Source of the DNA: Minisyncoccia bacterium | GTDB lineage: Bacteria; Patescibacteriota; Minisyncoccia; UBA6257; 2-01-FULL-56-20 | NCBI GenBank assembly: GCA_049997875.1 | Contig: JBEKRC010000002.1 | Span: 2,755-66,754, forward strand | Reading direction: 5' to 3' | DNA length: 64,000 bases | Shown: positions 46,489 to 54,529 of the stretch, in pieces | Layout of the letters: every line of letters begins with the position of its first letter | Position numbering within the stretch: position 1 is the first letter of the stretch | The notes under the pieces: generated by a model | Seen by the model: only the letters and a program-made list of their open reading frames with translations | What the model was told of the DNA's origin: nothing | Databases searched by the model: none | Program-made: the position numbers and the translations under genes

Positions 46489-48264
46489 ATGGGACCCGAA
46501 ACGAAAACCTGCCAAAATTGCAAACAGTCGTTCGTCATTGACCCGGAGGATTTTCGGTTCTACGAAAAGATCGGCGTGCCGCCGCCCACCTGGTGCCCCG
46601 AGTGCCGGATGATACGGCGGATGGTGTGGAGAAATGAGCGCTCGTGGCATCGGAGAAGATGTGATGCGACGGGAAAGAACATACTCTCCATGTTTGCGCC
46701 CGATATGCCGTACAAAGTTTACGAACAGACGTTCTGGAAAAGTGATGCGTGGGATCCGCTCTCCTACGGTCGCGACTATGATTTTTCGAAACCGTTCTTC
46801 ACGCAGTTTCAGGAATTGCTCGTTGCCGTTCCTCATCCCAATCTCATCCAGAAAAATGCGGTGAATAGTGAATATTCCAACTATACCGTCAATGTCAAAA
46901 ATTGTTATTTCTTCGGAGGGGCTGCCACCGCCGAAGACAGTGGATACGGCTTCCCGCCGAACGTTCGGATCCGGGAATGCTTTGATGTTCACACGATGGG
47001 GGATGCGGAATCCTGTTATGATTCCGTTGATATTGAACAGTCGCAGGGGTTACGATTTTCGCAAAGTTGCGTCGGGTGCAGCAATTCGTATTTTCTTTAT
47101 GATTGCCGGAATTGCACCGATTGTTTTGGTTGCGTCGGGTTGCGCAACAAACAGTTTTATATATTCAATGAGGCACATTCCCGGGAGGAATATGCCAAAA
47201 GGCTCACTTCATTTATGCCAGGGACTTTCTCTGGCATCGCAGCCGCCCGTGAAAAGTTCAATGAGCTGAAGCTCGGATTCCCGAGGAAATACGCCGCAAT
47301 CCTGAAATCGGAGCGGGTGACCGGCGACGACATTGTGAATGCGCGCGATTGTACCTACTGCTTTGACGCAAAGAGAGAGGTGCAAAATTGCAAGTATTCG
47401 TTCCGTGTCCTTGATAACACAAAAGATGGCTATGATGGTCTCACGGCATGGGACGGTACAGAACTATTCTATGAAGTGATGAGCGTCACGGGGCAGCGGG
47501 TTATTGGCTCGGCCTGTATCTGGGGAGGATTTGACGTGATTCATTCTTACAATTGCTTTGATTGCAATAATGTCGTGGGGTGCATCGGATTGCACAACAA
47601 GTCGTACTGTATTTTCAACAAACAATACGGCGAGGGAGAGTATAAGGAACTTTCGCCGCGGATTCTCGCTCAGATGGATGAAGTACCCTATGTTGATCAA
47701 CGAGGAAGATCATACGGGCACGGCGACTTCTTCCCGCCAGATCTTGTGCCGTTTGCCTACAATGAAACCTTGGCACAAGATTATTTTCCAAAGACGAAAG
47801 AGGAAGCAGTTGCGATGGGATTTCGGTGGCGCGAGACCGAAGATAAAAAATATCAGATTACCATGAAGGTTGAAAAACTTCCAGATGACATTCATGCAGT
47901 TTCAGATTCCATACTCAATGAGGTGATTGAGTGCGCGCACGAGGACAAGTGCAACGATCACTGCGCGAAAGCGTTTCGCATTGTGCCGCAAGAACTCCAA
48001 TTTCTTAGAAAGATGAACGTACCCTTGCCGCGATTGTGTCCATCGTGTCGACAGATGGAACGGCTCCGACTTAAAAATCCGCTTCGGCTGTGGCATCGAC
48101 GCTGTGAGTGCAATGGTTCTCAATCTGCGAATGGGAGATATAGAAATGTCGCCGCGCACTCCCACGGTAAAAGTTTGTGTCCGACGGAATTTGAAACACC
48201 GTATGCGCCTGACCGTTCAGAGATTGTCTACTGCGAGCGGTGCTACAACGCGGAAGTGGTGTAG
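46489..48264 (+). CDS. Cys-rich zinc-ribbon/solenoid protein, paralog 6
   Basis: ETKTCQNC..PPTWCPEC, CFGCVGLRNK, GDFFPP..PFAYNET, IVYCERCY. Confidence 0.88.
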   Translation: MGPETKTCQNCKQSFVIDPEDFRFYEKIGVPPPTWCPECRMIRRMVWRNERSWHRRRCDATGKNILSMFAPDMPYKVYEQTFWKSDAWDPLSYGRDYDFSKPFFTQFQELLVAVPHPNLIQKNAVNSEYSNYTVNVKNCYFFGGAATAEDSGYGFPPNVRIRECFDVHTMGDAESCYDSVDIEQSQGLRFSQSCVGCSNSYFLYDCRNCTDCFGCVGLRNKQFYIFNEAHSREEYAKRLTSFMPGTFSGIAAAREKFNELKLGFPRKYAAILKSERVTGDDIVNARDCTYCFDAKREVQNCKYSFRVLDNTKDGYDGLTAWDGTELFYEVMSVTGQRVIGSACIWGGFDVIHSYNCFDCNNVVGCIGLHNKSYCIFNKQYGEGEYKELSPRILAQMDEVPYVDQRGRSYGHGDFFPPDLVPFAYNETLAQDYFPKTKEEAVAMGFRWRETEDKKYQITMKVEKLPDDIHAVSDSILNEVIECAHEDKCNDHCAKAFRIVPQELQFLRKMNVPLPRLCPSCRQMERLRLKNPLRLWHRRCECNGSQSANGRYRNVAAHSHGKSLCPTEFETPYAPDRSEIVYCERCYNAEVV

Positions 48265-48310
48265 TAACGCTGGCAGAATCGCCAAAATCGTGGTATCATA
48301 AGAGCAGAAT

Positions 48311-50311
48311 ATGGAGGAAGTTCCCGAAAAAAACGTCATTTATTTCGCACGAACCGATTTTCGCAATCAAGACCGGCTTTTTGGTATCAAGCGGAGCGAT
48401 CGGCGCCAGCACATGTATGTCATAGGAAAAACCGGCACCGGCAAAAGCGCGCTCCTCAACAACATGGCCGTGCAGGACATCGCGAACGGCGAGGGGCTTT
48501 GCGTGGTGGACCCGCACGGCGAGCTCGTGGAGGGACTCATGAAAAGGATTCCGGAGGAAAGGATGAAAGATGTCATCTATTTCAATCCGGCAGATACGGA
48601 TTTTCACATCGGCTTCAACGTATTGGAGCTGCCCGATCCGAAGTACAAGCACCTTGTGGCATCGGGGCTCATGGGAATTTTCACGAAGATCTGGGCAGGC
48701 GTCTGGTCGCCGCGCATGGAATACATTTTGAATAATTGCGTGCTCGCGCTCCTGGACACTCCGGGTTCCACGCTCCTCGGCATCCCTCGGCTTCTGACCG
48801 ACAAAGATTACCGGCAGAAGATTATCACGAACATAAAGGACCCTGTTGTGAAAGCCTTCTGGATCCATGAATTTGAAGGATGGCAGGACCGGTTCAGGAA
48901 CGAGGCCATCGCGCCGATCCAAAACAAGGTAGGCCAATTTCTTTCCACCTCTCTCGTGCGCAACATCGTCGGCCAATCAAAGAGCACTGTGGACATTTTT
49001 GACGTGATGAACGAGGGAAAAATCTTCCTCGTAAACGTTTCCAAGGGCCGCATCGGGGAAGACAACTCTGCGCTCCTGGGCGCGATGCTTATCACGAAAA
49101 TCCAGCTTTCGGCAATGGAGCGCGTGCGCGTCCCCGAGGACGAACGCGTGGACTTTTATCTTTATGTGGACGAGTTCCAGAACTTCGCCACGGATTCTTT
49201 CGCGGGCATCCTTTCCGAAGCGCGGAAGTACCGCCTGGATCTTATTCTTGCGCACCAATATATCGGCCAGCTCGTCACCGATACGTCCACAAGGGTGCGC
49301 GACGCGATCTTTGGCAACGTGGGAACGATGGTCACGTTCCGGGTGGGTGCTACCGATGCGGAGTTCCTGGAGAACGAGTTCACGCCCGAGTTCGTGATAG
49401 AAGACATCGTGAATCTTCCGAATTATTCCATCTATCTGAAGCTTATGGTGGATGGCGTGACCGCGCGCCCATTTTCCGCAATCACGCTCCCGCCGCTTCA
49501 GGTGAAAACCTCCGCGATGGTGGAATCCGAAATCATTAGGATGTCACAGAAGCGCTACGCCCGGCCGCGCGAGATCGTAGAGGAAGAAATCAATCGCTGG
49601 AGCGGCGTGATGGGACCGCCTGCGGCTACCAGTGCGGAAAAGAAAGGCGGAGATGCGACGAGGTACGAAGCCATATGTTCTTCATGCGGCAAGATGACGA
49701 CGCTGCCGTTTGAGCCGACGCCGGGCCGGCCGGTGTATTGCCGCGATTGTCTGAAAAAAATTGAGGCCGGCGAGCTCCAGCCGGTACGGGTGCCGCGCGC
49801 GTCAGTCGCGCGCGCGAGGCCGCAGAAAAAATACGCAGATGATTTGAGTTATCTCGGCATTGAGTTCCCGGAGCAGGGAGCGCCGGCCGAGCCGCAGTCC
49901 ACGGCAAGAAGGGCGCCCACGCCGGTGCGCCCCATGGGTTCCATGGACGGAAGGGAAAGGACAGGGGTAGGGGTAGGAGCGCCAATTTCCGGTTCCGAGC
50001 CAAAAGCGGTTATGCCAACCTCCGTACCGGTCACTGCGCCAACCGCGCCGCCATCCGCCGAGCCATCGGAGCGGACGCTTTCGCTGTCCGAATTGAAATC
50101 GGCGGATCGGAAACCGAAGCTGAAGAAATTGCAACAACATGAGGTGATCAACATTTCCGAACTTCGGGAGGCAATCAAGGCATCATTGAGCGCGGATATC
50201 GGTGCGGGTCCCGCGCAGGCCGCCGAGGTGGAAAAAAGCGACAGCGCCGACGCCGATAAGCAGGATGGCGAAGAAGACAACAGCGACGCGGAGCATGTGC
50301 GCCGCATTTGA
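48311..50311 (+). CDS. VirD4/TraD-like ATPase 2 with C-terminal CxxC-x17-CxxC zinc ribbon and disordered tail
   Basis: GKTGTGKS, DPHGE, LYVDEFQNF, EARKYRLDLILAHQY; CSSCGKMTTLPFEPTPGRPVYCRDC at 49676-49750. Confidence 0.9.
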   Translation: MEEVPEKNVIYFARTDFRNQDRLFGIKRSDRRQHMYVIGKTGTGKSALLNNMAVQDIANGEGLCVVDPHGELVEGLMKRIPEERMKDVIYFNPADTDFHIGFNVLELPDPKYKHLVASGLMGIFTKIWAGVWSPRMEYILNNCVLALLDTPGSTLLGIPRLLTDKDYRQKIITNIKDPVVKAFWIHEFEGWQDRFRNEAIAPIQNKVGQFLSTSLVRNIVGQSKSTVDIFDVMNEGKIFLVNVSKGRIGEDNSALLGAMLITKIQLSAMERVRVPEDERVDFYLYVDEFQNFATDSFAGILSEARKYRLDLILAHQYIGQLVTDTSTRVRDAIFGNVGTMVTFRVGATDAEFLENEFTPEFVIEDIVNLPNYSIYLKLMVDGVTARPFSAITLPPLQVKTSAMVESEIIRMSQKRYARPREIVEEEINRWSGVMGPPAATSAEKKGGDATRYEAICSSCGKMTTLPFEPTPGRPVYCRDCLKKIEAGELQPVRVPRASVARARPQKKYADDLSYLGIEFPEQGAPAEPQSTARRAPTPVRPMGSMDGRERTGVGVGAPISGSEPKAVMPTSVPVTAPTAPPSAEPSERTLSLSELKSADRKPKLKKLQQHEVINISELREAIKASLSADIGAGPAQAAEVEKSDSADADKQDGEEDNSDAEHVRRI

Positions 50312-50336
50312 CTTTTTATGAGCACCGGAGCATACT
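50308..50336 (+). promoter_or_regulatory. sigma70-type promoter of the leader-peptide transcript
   Basis: TTGACT-N17-CATACT, 7 nt before ATG 50344. Confidence 0.55.
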
Positions 50337-50343
50337 GGAAGAA

Positions 50344-50418
50344 ATGAAGCATTTTGCCCCAAAGTTTTACTTCTGGTTTAGCACGCAACCTCTCTCGAAG
50401 AAGGGGCACTTTGTTTAA
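50344..50418 (+). CDS. Putative attenuator leader peptide MKHFAPKFYFWFSTQPLSKKGHFV
   Basis: 24 codons with an F-Y-F-W-F run at codons 8-12, overlapping alternative pairing segments upstream of a terminator. Confidence 0.5.
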   Translation: MKHFAPKFYFWFSTQPLSKKGHFV

Positions 50419-50441
50419 TCGTTAACGCGCAATATCCCAAC

Positions 50442-50476
50442 AAACAACCTCTTCTTCGGAAGAGGTTGTTTCGTTT
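50442..50476 (+). terminator. Terminator/attenuator hairpin with UUCG loop
   Basis: AAACAACCTCTTC-TTCG-GAAGAGGTTGTTT, perfect 13-bp stem with U-rich 3' side. Confidence 0.75.
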
Positions 50477-50530
50477 AACATCTATCTTCCGAAAGGTTCG
50501 TTGTCATAAATATAAATCAGGAGGAATGTC

Positions 50531-50791
50531 GTGAACAAGCCAGAGATTCTGGAAACAGCAAGGAAGTGGGCAAGCGAAATACCAAACGAGAGGCGACCAT
50601 CGGCACTCAGCCTTCTACGAGCGTTCTCCCCCGTATCAGCGGAAAAAAAGGCTCACGCGATGCAAGGTAACGGATTGCCCCTTCCGGGATGCATCACGGG
50701 AACGGCGACCCCAGAGAGAGATATTCAAAAGTTTTGTGCTGCAGCCCTTAGGATTCTTGAGGGCGACAACAGTAGTGGCGGTGGTCCATGA
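50531..50791 (+). CDS. Orphan hypothetical protein (86 aa)
   Basis: AGGAGG SD before GTG; followed by a terminator-like hairpin. Confidence 0.6.
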   Translation: MNKPEILETARKWASEIPNERRPSALSLLRAFSPVSAEKKAHAMQGNGLPLPGCITGTATPERDIQKFCAAALRILEGDNSSGGGP

Positions 50792-50802
50792 GGAACATTC
50801 GG

Positions 50803-50855
50803 CCCCTGGCGCATGCAAGTGCAAGATCGCACGACGCGCCAGGGGAGTTTTATTT
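50803..50855 (+). terminator. Terminator-like hairpin
   Basis: CCCCTGGCGC...GCGCCAGGGG followed by AGTTTTATTT. Confidence 0.5.
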
Positions 50856-50901
50856 ATGGGTGTATAATAGTGGTAAAAGGTCGAAAACATAGACCACTTA
50901 C

Positions 50902-51192
50902 ATGGCGAAACAGGTCATTAAAAAGGGCGGGAAGCGCGAGCCGTTTCGGGCCGAAAAGTTGAAGAAGTCCGTCCGCATGGCGTGTAAGGATGCTCACGTG
51001 GGGGCGGTGTGCGCGAAGAGAGTAGTGACGAAAGTTGCCGGTCCCGTGTTGCGCTTTGCGGCGAAACGGAAAACGGTCAAGGTCGCTACGTTGCGGAAGA
51101 AAGTGCTCGCGGGGTTGCGAAAGGTGGAACCGAAAGCGGCGAAGGCATGGCTGCGGTACGAACGCCGACATCGGGCTCGCAGGCGCCGCTGA
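50902..51192 (+). CDS. Stand-alone ATP-cone domain protein
   Basis: VIKKGGKREPFRAEKLKKSVRMA...LRKKVLAGL...AAKAW ATP-cone pattern. Confidence 0.8.
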   Translation: MAKQVIKKGGKREPFRAEKLKKSVRMACKDAHVGAVCAKRVVTKVAGPVLRFAAKRKTVKVATLRKKVLAGLRKVEPKAAKAWLRYERRHRARRRR

Positions 51193-51217
51193 TGCAAGGG
51201 TTGGCGATGCGTGCACC

Positions 51218-51245
51218 AAAAAACGGCGCCCATGCGCCGTCTTTT
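51218..51245. terminator. Bidirectional terminator-like hairpin
   Basis: A-run, ACGGCGC-CCAT-GCGCCGT, CTTTT between convergent genes. Confidence 0.55.
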
Positions 51246-51282
51246 GATGGGACTTTTATTGTCCAACCTGCTCCCAAACCGG

Positions 51283-51789
51283 TCACTGGACCCACTTCGG
51301 AGGATGCTCGCGATCTTCCACTTTGTCTTTTAGTCCAGATTTGGGAGAATCCTCATTTGGCAATTCAGATCTGATCCTGTGCAGTTCTTCAACGACTTCT
51401 TCAAATTCCTTACTCCCGGCTTCGTCTCCCTCACCTTTCTTCGTTGGTTTGGCATCAAGCTCGGTGAATTTCTGGTATGCGTGAACCAAGTCAATGGCTC
51501 TCGCGATAAGATCTTTAGGGTTGACACCCTCGGTTTTCTTTAAAGTGAGGTCTTTGATGATCTCATCGTGCAATTCGGGTGGCAGCGCGGAGAAAATCTC
51601 AAAGAGACGTTTGTATTTTACAAGAACGTTATTTTCGTCCTCCAGTGCTTTCGGAACCGTGAATTCGTTTTGTGCCTGGCTGAGGGGGACAAGCCGGCCG
51701 CGCCTCACCGCATTACCTTTGCGTTCTTCTGCTCTGCTTTCTTCAAGCCCTCTTTCCCACAGTTCCGACTCACCGCTTTCTGTGGACAT
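51283..51789 (-). CDS. Acidic hypothetical protein
   Basis: MSTESGESELWERG...; TATAAT 9 nt before ATG 51789. Confidence 0.6.
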   Translation of the reverse strand: MSTESGESELWERGLEESRAEERKGNAVRRGRLVPLSQAQNEFTVPKALEDENNVLVKYKRLFEIFSALPPELHDEIIKDLTLKKTEGVNPKDLIARAIDLVHAYQKFTELDAKPTKKGEGDEAGSKEFEEVVEELHRIRSELPNEDSPKSGLKDKVEDREHPPKWVQ

Positions 51790-51799
51790 TTCTTTATGA

Positions 51800-53605
51800 T
51801 TATAACACAGATTTCTCTTCTCCTTTATCCTCGCGGAATCCGCCGGCCTGGATACTCCACAATTTTTGATAAAGGCCGCCCTGCGTGAGAAGGTCGCGAT
51901 GGTTGCCGTGGGCGACGATCTTCCCGTTCTCAATGACCATAATGCGGTCCATCTTCATGATGGTGGAAAGGCGGTGGGCGATTACCATGACGGTCTTTCC
52001 TTTCATGAGCGTTTGGAGAGCGTCCTGAATCAGGGCTTCGGATTCGGAGTCCAAACTTGACGTGGCTTCGTCCAAGACGAGGATGGGCGCGTTTTTGAGG
52101 ATCGCACGGGCGATAGCCACTCTTTGGCGTTCGCCGCCGGAGAGCTTCACGCCCCGTTCTCCCACAAAGGTTTGATATCCTTCAGGCAGCGCCATGATGA
52201 ATTCATGACAGTGCGCCTTTTTCGCCGCCGCGATCACTTCGCCGTCGCTCGCACCACGCCTGCCGTAGCGGATGTTTTCCATAAGCGTTCGGTGGAAAAG
52301 GATCGGCTCCTGCGGTACGAAGGCGATCGCGTCGCGCAAGCTGTCCTGCGTGACGGCGACAATGTTCTGCCCGTCTATTTCAATCTCGCCTTCTTGTATG
52401 TCATAGAGCCGCAGAAGCAATTTGGTGATGGTTGTTTTGCCGGCGCCCGAGGGTCCCACGAGCGCGATTTTTTCACCGCTTGCGACAAGGAGGTCAAAAT
52501 CCTGCAGTACCGGGCGGTTTTCGTAAAAATAGAAATTAACATGCTTGAACGCAATCTCCGCGCGACTTACGTTGAGCGGCATCGCATTCGGGCGGTCCTG
52601 GATCTCGTGAGGCGTTTTGAGGATTTCCACCATCTCTACCGCATCCGCAAAGGCGTCGTAGAAACGGCGCAGGTCCCTGTTCATTCCGGTAAGCTGGTCA
52701 AAAAGGCCCAGAAGGTAGCTTTGGATCAATACGAAATCGCCAACGGTGATGAGCTGTCGCTCGTAGAAGATCACGGCGCCATAGAGGAGCCCGATATTGA
52801 TCCCTGTCATAAGAATGCCTTGTATGGACCAGATGAGTTCGTCGGCGTTCCAGGAGCGCATCACCGTCTTGCGCCAAAATACCACGACGCTCTCAAAAAG
52901 GCCGAGCTCGTGCGCGCTGCCCGAGAAGAGCGCTATGGTATTTTGGTTTGAGATTGCGTCCGCAAGCGCCCCCACCATTTTGCTGTCCGCTTCGGAGCGT
53001 GCTACGCGGAGCGGCTGCCGCAGGCGCGCGACAAAAAGCTGGAAGAGGACGAAACAGATGACCCAGATGCCGAGCGCGATGCCAAGCGTGTGATTGCGGA
53101 TAAAGAGGACGGTTACGACGCCGACCACGAAAATTGCGGCAGGAAAGAACGTGATCATAATGCTGTCCATCATTGTTTCAAATGAGGCGGCGAACTTGCT
53201 TACCCTGCGCGTAAGGGTGCCGCTGAAACGGGAGATGAAAAAGTGATATGAGTGTTTGATAAGATAATCAAACGCGGATGAATAGAGGGAGGCCATCACG
53301 CCCGAGTCAAGATAATTGAGGCCGTAGATCTGCGCGCGGCGCATGAGCCAGCCACCAAGAGAAACGGCGGCGATCACGCCTACAAGGACGAGCAGGTGAT
53401 GTGCCGCACTTGGCGCGCCATTGTAAACGACGAGGATGTTGAAAAGTTGGCGCAGATAGAGAGGTGAGATAAGACCCGCCGCCTGGATACCGATCGAGCC
53501 GAGAAACACCAACCAAAAAAGCCATAGGTGCTTGCGCACCTCGCGGATGTATGCGCCGAACACATCGTGTGCCCGTACGTCGGGTTTTTCGGGGACGTTC
53601 GCCAT
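51800..53605 (-). CDS. ABC exporter, fused permease/ATP-binding (ABCB type)
   Basis: Six-TM domain; GPSGAGKTT, VGERGVKLSGGERQR, LDEATSSLDSESE, IAHRLST. Confidence 0.94.
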   Translation of the reverse strand: MANVPEKPDVRAHDVFGAYIREVRKHLWLFWLVFLGSIGIQAAGLISPLYLRQLFNILVVYNGAPSAAHHLLVLVGVIAAVSLGGWLMRRAQIYGLNYLDSGVMASLYSSAFDYLIKHSYHFFISRFSGTLTRRVSKFAASFETMMDSIMITFFPAAIFVVGVVTVLFIRNHTLGIALGIWVICFVLFQLFVARLRQPLRVARSEADSKMVGALADAISNQNTIALFSGSAHELGLFESVVVFWRKTVMRSWNADELIWSIQGILMTGINIGLLYGAVIFYERQLITVGDFVLIQSYLLGLFDQLTGMNRDLRRFYDAFADAVEMVEILKTPHEIQDRPNAMPLNVSRAEIAFKHVNFYFYENRPVLQDFDLLVASGEKIALVGPSGAGKTTITKLLLRLYDIQEGEIEIDGQNIVAVTQDSLRDAIAFVPQEPILFHRTLMENIRYGRRGASDGEVIAAAKKAHCHEFIMALPEGYQTFVGERGVKLSGGERQRVAIARAILKNAPILVLDEATSSLDSESEALIQDALQTLMKGKTVMVIAHRLSTIMKMDRIMVIENGKIVAHGNHRDLLTQGGLYQKLWSIQAGGFREDKGEEKSVL

Positions 53606-53614
53606 AAGAAAATA

Positions 53615-54529
53615 CTAAAGCACGGAGCGGAGAAGCGCCATCCGGACGTAGACGCCGTTCTTGGTCTGCCGGAAATATGCCGCTCGCACATCGTCATCCA
53701 CTTCCTTTGCGATTTCGTTCACGCGGGGCAGGGGATGCATGATGATCGCTTCCTTCTTGAGCACCGAAAGTACCCTGCTATCAATGGTGTACGAGTTTTT
53801 CACCCTGTCGTATTCCGCCTCCGAAGAAAATCGTTCTTTTTGCACCCGCGTGACCGAAAGCACATCGGTCTTCCCCGCGATCGCTTTGATATCAGCTGAT
53901 TCTTCCACCGGGATCTTGCGCTCTTTGAGATATGCGACATATTCGTCGGGAAGCCGCAGCTGCGGCGGCGTGACGCAGTACACGCGCACATTGCGGAAGA
54001 GGGGGAGAAGATACACGGTGGAGTGAACCGTGCGGCTGTAGCGCAGGTCGCCGACGAAGGTGATCACAAGGTCGTCCAATCTTCCGAGTTCCTTCTGCAC
54101 GGTATAGAGGTCGAGGAGCGCCTGCGTGGGGTGTTCCTTGCTGCCGTCGCCCGCGTTTATGACCGGCACGGGCGAGGTGGATGCCATCCGTTCTGCGGCG
54201 CCCGCTTCGGGATGGCGGACGATGATTGCGTTTGCATAGCCGCCGACCACGCGCGCCGTATCCTCCAGCGTTTCGCCTTTCTTTGCGGAAGAAAATTCAC
54301 TCGCGCTTTCGGCGGAGATGACGTTGCCGCCGAGCTTGTACATCGCGGTCTCAAACGAGAACCGGGTGCGCGTGCTCGGTTCGTAGAATATGGTAGCGGC
54401 AATTTTTCCGGCACATTCTACGGAGAGCTTCCCTTCCTTGTCCCGCTTTTCCATTTCTCCTGCGGTCCGGAAGAGTTTCTCAAGGAGCGATCTATCAAGG
54501 AATTGTTTTGCGCTTAAAATATGCTTCAT
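53615..54529 (-). CDS. pyrB: Aspartate carbamoyltransferase
   Basis: FYEPSTRTRFSF, KGETLEDT, INAGDGSKEHPTQALLD, RVQKERF, HPLPRVNEI. Confidence 0.96.
   Translation of the reverse strand: MKHILSAKQFLDRSLLEKLFRTAGEMEKRDKEGKLSVECAGKIAATIFYEPSTRTRFSFETAMYKLGGNVISAESASEFSSAKKGETLEDTARVVGGYANAIIVRHPEAGAAERMASTSPVPVINAGDGSKEHPTQALLDLYTVQKELGRLDDLVITFVGDLRYSRTVHSTVYLLPLFRNVRVYCVTPPQLRLPDEYVAYLKERKIPVEESADIKAIAGKTDVLSVTRVQKERFSSEAEYDRVKNSYTIDSRVLSVLKKEAIIMHPLPRVNEIAKEVDDDVRAAYFRQTKNGVYVRMALLRSVL

Noticed and set aside
37147-48264. Cys-rich paralogs as multiheme cytochromes
   Set aside because: Only occasional incidental CxxCH (e.g. CTNCH, CKNCH) inside CxxCxxC runs, not conserved across copies, and no signal peptides.
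37147-48264. Diversity-generating retroelement acting on the array
   Set aside because: No reverse transcriptase and no near-identical TR/VR pair differing at adenines was seen; similarity between copies is at codon-degenerate protein-motif level.
33510-50311. Conjugative element/ICE
   Set aside because: No relaxase, VirB4, integrase or att repeats recognised; composition resembles the host backbone.
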